DNA of 64,000 bases from NCBI RefSeq assembly GCF_009914755.1, contig NC_060934.1; one strand, 5' to 3'. Position 1 is the stretch's first letter; every line of letters begins with the position of its first letter. The notes beneath the pieces are model-generated. The model was not told the origin of the DNA. It worked only from the letters and a program-made list of their open reading frames with translations, and did no database searches. Below are positions 15,866-30,950 of this stretch, piece by piece. The DNA is from the human T2T-CHM13v2.0 reference genome, Homo sapiens. A program made the translations under genes and the position numbers.

Positions 15866-16497
15866 TGTCTTATATATAATAGGGTTAGCACAGAAAATGG
15901 AAATTACATACAAGCTTCCCACACGCCTCCTCCTTCTTATGACACATGTACACATATGCAAACCCTCTTGTGAATTCAACACAAGGCTTTTAAAATAAGA
16001 AACCGAAATAGGATTGATTACTAGACGATCCCAAGTGAAGACAGAAAGATTTAGATGTCAGCCTTTCTTCTTACTCCATTTAAGAAAATTTCTTCCATGC
16101 CTCTAGAAATGTCCTCAACAACTGTCCCGTGAAGATGTCACTGACAATTTCCATTTCCCACATGAATGCTCCCAATGGATGCAGCAGGCTGTCCTCCACA
16201 TTCATGATTAAGTTCAGAATGACAAGAGCCTTAATTTTACTATTTACTAATAAGTCATGTTCTTACAGCTTTTAGTATCTTTTCTGCTTCCTATCAAGGA
16301 GAAAAGTTACCGCCACCAATACCACCAATTTTCGTACAGTTGGTTTTAAAATATGAATTTTAAAAATCCTCTCTTTATAACTGTCAGGTTCATAAACCCC
16401 CATATTTGGGTGCAGGAGGCTCCCATAAGCCAGTACTTCCATTTCCTCTTTTAAAAAAACAAAAGTCAGATATTTTATAAGCCATAAAGAAGAATCT

Positions 16498-16663
16498 AGT
16501 CTGAGTGTGGAGGCATGCACCTGTAATCTCAGCTACTCAGAAGGCTGAGGTAGAAGGATCGCTTGAGCCTGGGAGTTGGAGGCTGCAGTGAGCTATGATC
16601 ACACTACCACTCTCCAGCATGGGCAACAGAGTGAGACCCTGTCTCTAAAATAATAATAATAAA
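16498..16663 (+). mobile_element. Alu monomer (FRAM-like)
   Basis: single right-arm-type monomer with A-rich tail. Confidence 0.8.
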
Positions 16664-18349
16664 GGAGAATCTACATGCTAACCATACTTAATTAAAGGAA
16701 ATTAAATCATGCACAAAAAGAAAGAACAAAGAAAATAAGAAAAACAATTCATTTGAATAAAGCTCTTTTTTTCTCTGAATTTAAATGGTTAAAAGGAGCC
16801 AGAAACCTCCCCAGGAGTGTCTGAAGTAGCAGAGCAGGTTCCTATATTAAGGGTTTGGAAATCCAAACCAAGTACTTCAGCAAGAGAGAGTTATTTAGGC
16901 GGAGGCTTCAGACTTCAGTATGACTAGAAAGTGCAAGAAGACATGGAACAGTGTGTCATACCTTGTTTAAGCCAAGAGCCTCCTCCTGCCCCAGGTCTAC
17001 GCAGTGAAGAAGACTGTCCCATCCTAACATTCTTAATCGCTCGTGCTGAGGACTTGCTTGACTGCTATTCTTGCATTATAATGTTTTCTTTGGTAGCAAT
17101 TTTCGAGCTTATACACTCAGCACAATCTTTGTTTCCTATTTCAAGTTTTCTTAATTTTTCTCTTCTAGACAACTTCCACATCTTTTGAGCTTTATTTCAT
17201 TAATTTTACTATAACCAATGACATAAATTCATAACGGCCATTTAATTGCAGCAGATGTCCCAAAGGTAAGAGTTTATAGCTTTTTGAAGTATCTCTAGGT
17301 TAATTTGGAATGCAAAAGACTGACAATTTACAGTTATCATCAAGAAGTTAGATCCTTATAGAAAAAAATTCTGTAAATCATCAGCTTTTTTTCTGAAAAT
17401 CTGGAAACATATTCATAGGCTTGAGGGATTTTTTTTTAGAACAGTTTTATATTAGGGAAAGTTAGTTTTTCCACATTTCAGGATTTAGTTCTACTCTTGT
17501 CACTGACCACACTCCCAAAGGGATTATAAATCTTTCAGAATGAATACCAGAGGACAGGAGCCAAAATATTCAACATACAGAGCCACAAATGTTAGCCAAT
17601 TGCTATTCTTTAAATACCAGCTATGTCAAAGGATTTTTGAATGTTTGTTCCACTTTGTCCAGATGCCATAAATATCGAACTGAGAAGAAACCATGCAAAT
17701 ACACTCCTTTTTCAATTAAATCTCCCCTAAGAACATAATTATTTACCAATACTTATTTTCACATTTTATCACGCATTTGCATTTCTGAGGTTTTAGGAGC
17801 TGGAGAAAATAGAGTAAAATATGATTTTACTAGCTTCTGAAGGGCTTTGAAAAATGCTTCCAATAAGTGTTTCCACTTCTAAAATTAATGCAATTCTTTT
17901 GCTAGTTGTCTCCCTGCCCCTTTTCTTTTCAAACATCTCCAGGCTCTGTTGGCCTTTGGATTTTTTTTTTTTTTTTTTTTTTTTTGCAATTGACATTTGG
18001 CCATTGGATTTTTTTTTTTTCAATTGACATTCCTTCTGATGACCAGGAGGCATTTCTTCATTGTCACCATTAGGTTTTAAACGTGCAGAGATTGAATGAA
18101 AGTCGCTCTCTTTCACTTTTCTTAAAACTTCTTTTTGAAAGACAAGACGAATTAAAGATAATTTCCTCAACTACGTTTTTTTAATTACTTCAAATAAAAT
18201 ATTTGAAATAAGCAAGTATTACCCTGTTTGGTATACAGAACAATGCCCCTCCCTTACCATTGATAAGGAAGAAATAAACATTTGCTAAGTTGAAATGAGC
18301 AATGTATTCAAGAGTAAAACAGGAAGTGAGCTGCCTCAAATCACTTTTG

Positions 18350-19010
18350 TGTTATTTCATTCAACAAATGTGTTGCATGCTTCCTATTTGCCATGCTGGA
18401 TGGTTAGCATTAGAGACACACCGGTTTACCAAAACAGACACTGCCCTTGCCTTCATGAAGCTTATAATGTAGTGGAGGAAAAAGGTTTTTAACTTTTTTA
18501 AGCTCACCCAAATAAACAGAAACTATAAATCTGAGAAGTGCTACATGGGGCAGGGGCATGGAGCTGTGGAAGCACATCACAGGGAACTTTGACCTAACTT
18601 GGAGCATCACTCACAGGGAAAGAACATCTGAACTGAGATCTGGACAGAAAATAGGCGATTTCCCAGGCAGAGAAGGAGGGGATGTGATGAAATGTCCACC
18701 AGTCGGAGCAAACAGTATATGCAAAAACGCAGGGGAGTAGAGCATGGCATGCTTAGCACCTAAATAAGGCCAGAGCCCAGGGTGGGAGCGTGGTGCAAGA
18801 TGAGCTGAAAACCAGCTGGGCTGCTGGGCCCAGAGTCTGGGCTGAGAATTTTCATCTTTATTTCAAGATTGGCCAATGTAATTTACAATGATGTCATTTA
18901 TAAAAGATCACTCTGGCTGCAGAGGCCGCTGGCTGGAGGGGGCAAGCGTGGATGGATGCAGTCAGGTTACTGCAGGGATCCAGAGAATAGAAGTAACTTG
19001 GAGTAGGAGG
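18350..19010 (-). mobile_element. L2 fragment
   Basis: CATTCAACAAATG.., CCCTTGCCTTCATGAAGCTTA, AAAGATCACTCTGGCTGCAG L2 motifs. Confidence 0.7.
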
Positions 19011-19673
19011 GGAGGGTGACTCATCACGAACCATAAAGAAACGTTTGAAAGGTTTTTATCAACTTGGTTCAGGAAAGGATGCTACAAGTGTAGATGAAAC
19101 TCCAACTCTGTTGGGCAACACGCTTGCAGGGTCATCATTTGAAGTTATTATCAGAGCCCCACATGACCACAGTGAGACAGGAAGGAAGGCAGAGATTGAT
19201 CAGGACCAGAGGCCTCTTGTTCTGTCCCTACCCCACACAGCTTCTCCATCTGCAATCAAGAAGCAGCCGGTGAGACTTGGAGAATCGGCACCACTATCAC
19301 ATGGCCATCCAGCTGGCTTTGAACATTCTCAGCATTTTTTCCTTCAAACATGCCACTCAGAGAGCAAGAAAAGCAAACCCCTGCCAGTAACTGTTCATTA
19401 ATGATCACAGAGGACCTGGTGCCCAGCATAAAGATTGGCTTAGAGATATTCTTCTTCTCCCAGGATCAGAAATGGTACAAAGTGAGTGCTCACAGTGAGT
19501 GGTGTATAACCACGTGAGTCAAAGCAGAAAAATACATTGCTTTCCTTCTGTTTATTTGCAAATCTATTTTACACTGATGACTTAGCACTCAAAAACCTAA
19601 GACTCAACAGAACCCTGAGGAGAAAGAGAGAATACTGTTTCCCGAAGAAAAATATACATATATCCTTAAATAA

Positions 19674-19930
<257 letters not shown>

Positions 19931-19934
19931 ACCC

Positions 19935-21540
<1,606 letters not shown>

Positions 21541-21564
21541 GATTCCAATCCTATATTGACAACT

Positions 21565-21796
21565 TTTTTTATTTTATTTTTTTTTTTTACCTTAAGTTCT
21601 AGGATACATGTGCAGAACGTGCAGGTTTGTTACATAGGTAAACGTGTGCCATGTGGTTTGCTGCACCTATCAACCCATCACCTAGATTTTCAGCCCCACA
21701 TGCACTGGCTATTTGTCCTAATGCTTGCCCATCCCCTTTCCCTGACAGGCCCTGGTGTGTGTTGTTACCCTCCCTGTGTCCATGTGTTCTCATTGT
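21565..21796 (-). mobile_element. L1PA 3' end fragment
   Basis: poly(T)+TACATGTGCAGAACGTGCAGGTTTGTTACATAGG. Confidence 0.88.
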
Positions 21797-22164
21797 AGAT
21801 GAACAGTTTTATTACCACAGGGAGATTTAAAAGTCTATCAATGCCTAGACTCCGGCCTGAACCAATTCAATCAAAACTTCCAAAAATGGTACCTGGGCAT
21901 AAGGGTCTTCTGTTTATTTGCTCCATCGTTTAACAGCTCTGGCTAATTTCACTCTGAGGTTGAAGGTCCAGGGTTGAAAACTATTGGTATGTTACTGGTA
22001 GAGTGTAAATTGATATTTGCTTTCTGTAAGGAGCTATGAAACTTTTTTTTACATAAACCAAGTTTGTTTTGTTTATTACTCTTCATTATTTTTTGTTTAA
22101 ATTGAAAATTTTTTAATGCAAGTCTTCTCAAACTGTAGTGTGCATATATTGTTTTTCTCTTTGT

Positions 22165-22484
22165 TTTAGACAGCTTTATTGACATATAATTGATATAAAA
22201 AAATGCACATCTTTAATGTATACAATTTGATGAGTTTGGGTATATGCATATAAATCCAACACCTGTGCAATCATTACTACGATGAAAGTAATAAATATAT
22301 CCATCACCTGAAAACATGTCCTTTGTCTCTGCCTTTCTTGTGGTAAGAACACTTAATCTGAGATTTACTTCTTAAATGTTTTAAGTGCACAATATATATT
22401 GTTAACTATAGGTATTATGTTGTACAGCAGATATCTGGAACTTATTCATCTTTCATAAATGAAATTTTATACCCATTGAACAAT
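22165..22484 (-). mobile_element. L1MA-type 3' end fragment
   Basis: CAGCTTTATTGACATATAATTG...CTTATTCATCTT..AAATTTTATACCC. Confidence 0.78.
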
Positions 22485-24872
22485 TACATAAAACTGCCTT
22501 AGCTATCACAGTTCATTCCAATAAAAAATCTTATAAATATCTTGGCACTTGTATAGAACTCCCTATTACTGCTATCAAAAATGTAAATGTGCATTCTCTT
22601 TGACTCAAGCAATTCCATTTCAAAGAATCCATCCTATAGAAATAATGTATATATCCAAACAATGTGTAAAAATATTAGCTGCAGTATTGTTTGCAGTAAC
22701 AAAAACTGATTTCAGGGACAACTTAAATGTTATCAATAAGGCAATTGTTCAATAACTTAATGATATATACATTTAATGAAATACTATGTAGTCATTAAAA
22801 GGAGTGAGGCAGATATGAAAGATCACCAAGACAGAATATTAAATATAAAAAGCAAAATGTAGAATAAGAAATAGTAGGATTTCATTTATGTATATAAATT
22901 ATATATGTATATAAACAGAGAAACATCTGGAAGGGACTTTCACTTTGCATGGCTTGAAGTTTCACATTGAGCATATATGAGTGTGCTATTTGTATAATAT
23001 TTAAAGATTTTAAACACAGAAGGGAGTAAGGGAAACGGGAAGAATACCACGTGCTTCTGCTATGTCCTGTGTCACAGAAACATCAGCAGCCACAACCAGA
23101 CAGCCACACCCACTCAGGGAGCAAGAGCTGGGAAGAACCACAGCCCTGCGAGAAAAATCTCAAAGGCCAATGGACCAAAAAGGGACATGGAGTTTAATAT
23201 TTTTCCTGCAAATATGCAATTTTAAATAATGATGACAATAGATCCATATAAAGATGTAAAGTGAAAAATCATTTATACCAAATCTGATGCCTCTTATTCA
23301 CTCCTCAACTCATATATTTAAAAATTCTTCAGCATGCAGCCTCTGTAACAGGCCATGAGTGTGTGTTTTTAAAACAGAAAGCAAAGCAGCCTAGCACATT
23401 ATCGAAACTGGGAACCAGCCAGTACCACTACTCTTCTCCAATCTACTTAGCTTTCTCAAATGAATTTTAGGGGAAAAGCATATTTTAAGGAACAAAAATA
23501 AGTGTTGTTGCAAATACATGGGGCAAGAAATTCCCCGAAAAGATCTACTACATAAAGCTGCCTTAGATATCACAGTTCATTCCAATCAAAAATCTGATAA
23601 ATAACTAGATGGGTATGTGTATCATATCATGCTCTAGCTGTGCTGGCTTATAGCACACGTTCATGAATAAACACGAGTGAATGAATGAATGAATGAATGA
23701 ATGAATGAGTTGAAGCTTAAGGGAACTCCCCTGAGATTTTTAACATTGTCATGTTTCAGTCGTTAAGTTGATGTGGTAGCATAGTGCTAGCTAGTGGTCG
23801 CATAAACTGTTATGAGTCAGTAGCACTGTATTATCATTGTCTTTACGCTGCTTTTTCTCCACACATATTTATTTTTGACTGCCAAGAGGCAAGGAAAGTT
23901 TAAAGCTCAAAAATTTAAATACAGATTCCCCTTTGGGAAAGACGGAGAGGAGCCTCTCCATTTCTTCCACAATCTCCTTTATAACAAAAATAAAACACGA
24001 CAAATTCTTTTGTGGGCAATATAAGCATACAAGTAACACACATTACCAGTAATCCAAATACTTAAAGTGGATTCACTTCTTATACTACAATATCTATGAA
24101 AGCATAAATGCAGATTCTGAGTAGGCTGTTTTTAGCTGATGGAATTTAAATATGTTATGATTTCAAACAAGCAATTAAAAAAAAGTCACAAAAGTTGTCC
24201 TATTCGTTTGTCACTGACTTTTTAAAGAAAGCTCAACCCACATCAATGTAGCAACACATCTACTAACTTAAAGAATGTTTCTCAGGAACATGGTACTCAT
24301 TTGCCTTTCTAACTACTGGAGTTGATTCGAGTGGACGAACAGTGAGCATTGTTTTCCGTTTTCGAAATACTCTTTTTAACAAGAATAACTCTGTGCCATC
24401 ACATTCTTTTCCATTTTTTTTTTAAGTAAAGACAGCAGAAGAGCACAGTCTAATATGGCCTTCCAAACATGAATACTGAGTTCCTTTATGGCAAGGGTTC
24501 CCTGTTGACTCTCACTCGAATGAAGAAATCCAAACAAGAGAAAGACAGGAAGATACAACAGCAAGTTCTGCAGGCCTCCTGGGTCCTGAATTTCTTGACA
24601 GTGGAACCAAACAACCAGGCAATGTGCAATAAAGATAGAAGCCTGGACTCAGTCCTGGCCTGCAGCTCCCTTCTGTGTGGCCTGGAGCAAAGAATTTCTC
24701 AGCTTTTCCACCAATGAAACAAGGATCAAACTACCTGCCACTCCATACCCAAAACTCAAGTAATGGGAAAGGAATTTAATTAACTGTAATTGACTGCAAA
24801 GTACATCAAATTCCTACAACAAAAACTCATACAACTTCCAATTACCACTCGAAAGAACTCTTTAACCAATTA

Positions 24873-24874
<2 letters not shown>

Positions 24875-24916
<42 letters not shown>
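24875..24916. repeat. (GT)21 microsatellite
   Basis: direct reading. Confidence 0.95.
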
Positions 24917-24918
<2 letters not shown>

Positions 24919-27834
24919 AATCAGTTTACATAAGATCATTAAGGAACTGAGCCCCACAAATGCAGTCTTTAACAAAGGTTTTCAAGTCTGAAAAATGTCC
25001 TTGCCAAGAATCCACCTCCAGAGAAGAAACCCAAAACCTGCCAGGGAGGAGCTCTGGGAGTCCCTTCTGAAGCTGGCAGCCCGGTGGCATTTCTGATGTG
25101 AATGTCTTTTAGATGTCACTCTGGATTAGAGTATTGACCACTACTAAGCTGGGATCCACCAGGCATCTGGTGGCCTGAGAATACGCAATTTGTGGTTACA
25201 GAGCACAAGCATGGCAAGCAGTCTGGCTCATGTGAAAGGTGAAATCCACGCCAGTGTTTGATGAATTTGATGATACAGAACAAACAAATTAGGCTACCCC
25301 TCACCAACCCATCATGGGTCAGGGGCAAGGATGAATGTGTAGGAATGGCCATCCTTTCTACCAATGTAACCCCATTGTCACTGTTTTCTCATCCCTTCCT
25401 ATTAGATTCACTTGGCACACCACCTGCTGCTGGATTCATCTTTCCAAATCAATGCTTTCATCATCCCTTTCCCCACTCTCCCACCTGGACTCTGATCAAA
25501 ATCCCAGGTACAGAAGCTGGCATCCCACAGGGAGGAGGTACATGTGGAGAAATGGCCCTGGGAATGAGCCCTAGAGGCCTCCATCATTGCAGCAAGTACT
25601 CAGGAATAAGACCGCCTGGATGAAGCATTTCAGAGTATGGGCAGATATCCAACTGTGCTTGCCAATATAACCCTTGTTGAACCTAGAGCTGGTGCCTGGA
25701 CAATACGGGCATCTTATCCTGTAGTGACAGCTCTAGGAAATATCTTCAAGGGAAAGAAAGCATAATTCTAGGCCCAGCCTCTGACATGCCTCTGAACTAC
25801 CAAAAAGCTGACCAACCAACCATGTTCTCGGCATTATTCTAGTCTTCTCAATGTTTTACTGGATTTACTGCCTATAGGGTTAAAACCATACCCACTCCAC
25901 CTTCAATCCACATTGAAATGGATTTCAACGTGTTTTTGACCTTGGATCCACAAATTCTTTTTCATTATAATGTGTATAAAATGCAAATCTACTTATAATT
26001 ATGACCTTTCAACATTTTACCCCACTCTACTGAAGAATACCCATTTGCATGAATTTATAACATATAGTACTTGTAACTAATATTTATTTCCACATTTCCA
26101 AACAAAATATCCTACATCCCTTCTCCTGTTTCACAAAAGGGCTCTCCACCTACCTTATTTAGAAATGAGCATGATTTCACTGAAGTTTTAGAGAGACTCA
26201 TAGATTTAGTATGGAGCCTAGAGACATTAACAAACCATCTCCTTTAATCTCTGGAAGTGATCAAAAGCAAGACATTTTCCTTGCAAGATTTTAAAACAAT
26301 TTTGGCCAGAGGAAAAAATAATATCCATATAAAGTCAGCAAATACAGCAATCAACTAGTATGTCTACAAGAAAGACGGCAGGAAAAGGAAGAGAGAGGGA
26401 TGCAAGAAAAGTAGGAAAGAAGTTAACAGCAGAAGGAAAGACAGGCTCAGAGGCAGGAAGAACTGCTTTCAGGGGGCTGAGAGTGAAGAACAGCAAAGCC
26501 CTGCCACTAAGGAACCTCGCCCTCTCCCCTTCACACCATCGGGGCAGAGGTAGGGAGGCGAGCCTGTGCACACTAGCAAGATGCCCTGCGAGATACAGCA
26601 ATAAATTTAATGTGGTCTCTCTACTCAAGAAGTAGATAGTAAGACAGACAACCTGAACCATCAGGATAGCAGAAGGCAGAACATAAGTGCTTATCAGTAA
26701 GGTAGCTGAAAAGGGGGTTCATTGCTTCCTTTAGAATTAGGGTACAGCATCATCACCTATGGGGGAGAAAAGAAGCTGGAAGGTTGGTGAGTAAAAATGT
26801 GATACATTCATTAATTTAAAAATTAAATTGTGTTCAAAAAATCCAGATGAAAAGAATTTATACATATATAAAACTTGCAGGTTGAAATTAACATATGTCA
26901 AACCAAATAATTAAATACAAACTCTATTTATGTGCCAAGATATGAGCTCATAGCTCTGGACGAATAATAAGCTATAGTTCATTGACCTGTTTGGGTATTA
27001 ATGAGCTCGTTAAATCTTTTTTTTTCCAACAATCAGAGACATCACTCTACTTGGAAAATGGTAAATAGAAAGTCAGGTCAACATGAATATTTCTCTGCTA
27101 GCTTAAATCTACATTTAAGCCATAATTTCATAAATTAAAATGTCAGGTGTATTTATTTTGAGATTACCTAGAGACATTCAATTTTGCATTTCACAGACTT
27201 TTAATATCGTTTTGTGTCTCCATATAAAATATTTATCTGTGTCAAAAACCTTGAAATCATTTATAGATATACTTTTCCTTTTATTGGCTATGTGAAGAAT
27301 ATTTACCTGTGGGAACTATAAGAATTCCAAGCAATTTACTGTCTGGCCAAGAGTATCACATTTGCACATGATTTATTGATGAATAACTTGTGCAAATTTA
27401 AGTAGCACTTCATCAATATATGTTTTCTTTAGCTGTACTGGGACAGAAATAGTGCATCTCTTTTTGGCCTAAAGCTACAAGGACTTATCCTAAATAGTTG
27501 AAAAAACTCAAGACAGTTATCCAGTAATTAGGCTATTATGAGAAACTCTCTTTGCCATGTTCACTGGGAGGATATTATTGAGGCTGTTCACTCTCTCACT
27601 CCGTGCCTGCCCCATTAAATCCTAAGGGAGAAAATTCTTTCTGCTCTTAGCACCAGGATCAGTTATACTCACTGGCAACTGGTTTGTTTTTATTTTAAGA
27701 CGTTGAGAGACTTTCCCTCCCTGTATTAACTCACTCTACTTCCCCCCTTTTATTGGTTGCTAGAGAACTGAAAGTAAAAGTTGAAGGCCACCTGCACGAG
27801 TCAGTTAAGTCTCCATGCCACACATTTGCTACAA

Positions 27835-28100
27835 TAATAATAAGCAATAGAAATGATTATTATTGCCAACAGTTACTAACTACTTTGTGCTAAGCACTTT
27901 ACATGTGTTGTATTTCATTTAATATTCTTAATAATTCTAATATAAGAGAACTTTTATTTTTCCATCTTCACCAATGAGGAAACTGAAGCTTAGAGGGGTT
28001 AGTCAACTCACCCAAGGCCATTGAGTAAGCGGCAGAATTTCAACTCAACTGGTCTTTCCAACGTCAAAGATCATGCTTCTAATTACTCTGGTATTCTGCT
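27835..28100 (+). mobile_element. MIR
   Basis: ATGAGGAAACTGAAGCTTAGAGGGGTTAGTCAACTCACCCAAGG core. Confidence 0.8.
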
Positions 28101-28227
28101 TCCTGATCCATCTTTTGTTTCTGCCATTTTGACTTGTTTCCTTTTGCTAATGAAATAAAGATAATGGACCGGGACTCTTGGGAAAAACTCAGGACTCTCT
28201 TAATTCATCTTCTGAAAGACTATGTCT

Positions 28228-28322
28228 TGGACGGGCTTAGAGGCTCATGCCTGTAATCCCAGCACTTTGGGAGGCCAATGTAGGAAGACTGCTTGAGGCC
28301 AGGAGTTCAAGATCAGCCTGGG
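28228..28322 (+). mobile_element. Alu left-arm fragment
   Basis: Alu 5' part ending at CAGCCTGGG. Confidence 0.85.
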
Positions 28323-28472
28323 AAAGAGAAAAGGAAAGAGGAGAGGAGAGGGGAGGGGAGTGGAGAGGAGGGGAGGGGAGGGGAGGGGAGGGGAGGGGAG
28401 GGGAGGCGAGGAGGGGAGGAAGAAAGAAGGAAAGAAAGAAAGGAAAGGAAAGGGAAGGAAGAAAGGAAGGCA
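28321..28472. repeat. polypurine (GGGGA)n/(GGAAA)n tract
   Basis: ~150 nt almost purely A/G. Confidence 0.95.
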
Positions 28473-29463
28473 GGCTAAGCCCCAATGGCCCTGTCTAGAG
28501 CTGCCCACCTCAGAGAGAGTGGTGTTGGCAAAGTTCTCCACTGCCAGTTCTTTTTTTCTTTCCCCCAGATGACATGCTTTCTAGGAGTCCAGGAGAGGTA
28601 ATCACAGGAGGCCCTGTGGTTCAGTAAAGATGCAGAGGCACTGTTGCAAGCGTGGCCTAAATGTCCCAAAGCTGGGCATGGTCACCGTGCGTGCCAGTCT
28701 GGACCACTGTGTTGAACTATGTGGTTTGTGCACAAATACTCCTGCCAAAGGGAAGTGCAGGAGCATGTGGCCTGAATCTAGCCCGTGCTCCATGCTAGTG
28801 TTTCCAAATTCCCGACAGGTTAATCTTCAAGATTCAGGAATATGCAATCAAAATTCCTAGGAATTTTCATGAGTTCCCAAAATTATATTATTCTGTATTT
28901 TTCCTAACATTTCATTTACATGTCTTTAAATAATAATGAATGCCTATAATAGTAGTGAATCATTGCTATCATAATAAACAGTGAATCATTTTTTGTGGTA
29001 GAGTTATGCTAAAAATTTCAGAGGTTTTCTGTAAAAAAACTTATGTAATAAATGCATGATTTATTATTATTATGAGCCAGAATATGTGACATAATTATAT
29101 TGCAACAACATGTAAAAACAATGTGCACCTGATATAGAAATTTCATAATACAAAACACTAAATGAGGGAAACATTAACACAAAATAAATGCCAAATAAAA
29201 ACCATTTTAAAAATTGACAGATGCCACAAAAATATTTAATATTTATAAAGTATCACGCTTAAAATGAAATTTTAAAACTCACAAAATATTAACTGTTCTC
29301 TCCAATAGTCTAGAGGTTTGTTTCATGACAAACAGTCCAGACTAAAAACATATTTTTCATTTTGCATTGATGTTGGTAAAATCATTAGGAGCCTGCCAAA
29401 GAGATCTCCAAGTTGAGCATTAGGGCTTGTTTCGTATAAGCTCATGTCCTTTTTGAAACATGA

Positions 29464-29848
<385 letters not shown>

Positions 29849-30696
29849 TAATTGTATATTTTTATGGGGTACAATGTGATATTTTGATAAATGTTTACAT
29901 TGTGCAATGATTAAATCAAGCAAAGCCACTGGCAAATGCCCTTGGTTGATTTAACCAAACACATGAAAAAGCAGAAAGAAACCATGAGTTAAGTCAAATA
30001 CTTTTTCACAAATACTTCTGGACGTCGGCTTTACACAAGGCCTAGATATCATCAATACTTAATATCTGACGTCAGAAATGAATATTAAGCTGGGTTTTGG
30101 TGAGCCATTCCCCTTGCCCTCCTGCAAATTCAAATACTTAAATACGTTACATGGGCCAATTATTATGTAAAATATTCTCATATATGCTATCTGACGTGAG
30201 AGAAATGAAAATGAACCAATCCACACTATAAGCACCCACAATGTCTCAGAAACCATGCTATGGTTCAAGTGTGTTTTATTAAACTTTATAATAGTCCTGT
30301 AGTACAGGTATATTAATTTTATTCTATGGGTTGAGAAAATTAGGGCTCAAAACTGTAACGTTTCAACAGCTACGTTGCTAGTAAGGGAAACAGCCTGGAG
30401 TTTAACCGAAGTCCAGCTTTAAAAATCCATGTTATTTCTTCCATACCATACTACAAATCATAAAATGGCAGCAAGTCACAGTGTCAGCTGTTTACCATGC
30501 CCACTTCCCAGCCGGGAGAGAGGGTTGGTACCAGGCAGCCTGGTTGCTCCATGAGGATGAATCTTGCATCCTCAGGGTAATAAGACCTTGCCCTGCACAA
30601 ACTTAGATAAAACAACAGGAATGCTTACTACTCTTATTTGAAAGAAACGTAAAGTAAACTTGGAAGCAGCATATACATCTTTGGGAAAGTATTTTA

Positions 30697-30942
<246 letters not shown>

Positions 30943-30950
30943 CTACATGG

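Noticed and set aside
17793-18170. 125-aa lysine-rich minus ORF
   Set aside because: Lysine runs come from the duplicated poly(T) tracts; non-ATG start; no splice support.
24290-24420. CpG-retaining patch with a short open frame on minus
   Set aside because: No adequate AG after the pyrimidine tract and only weak donors.
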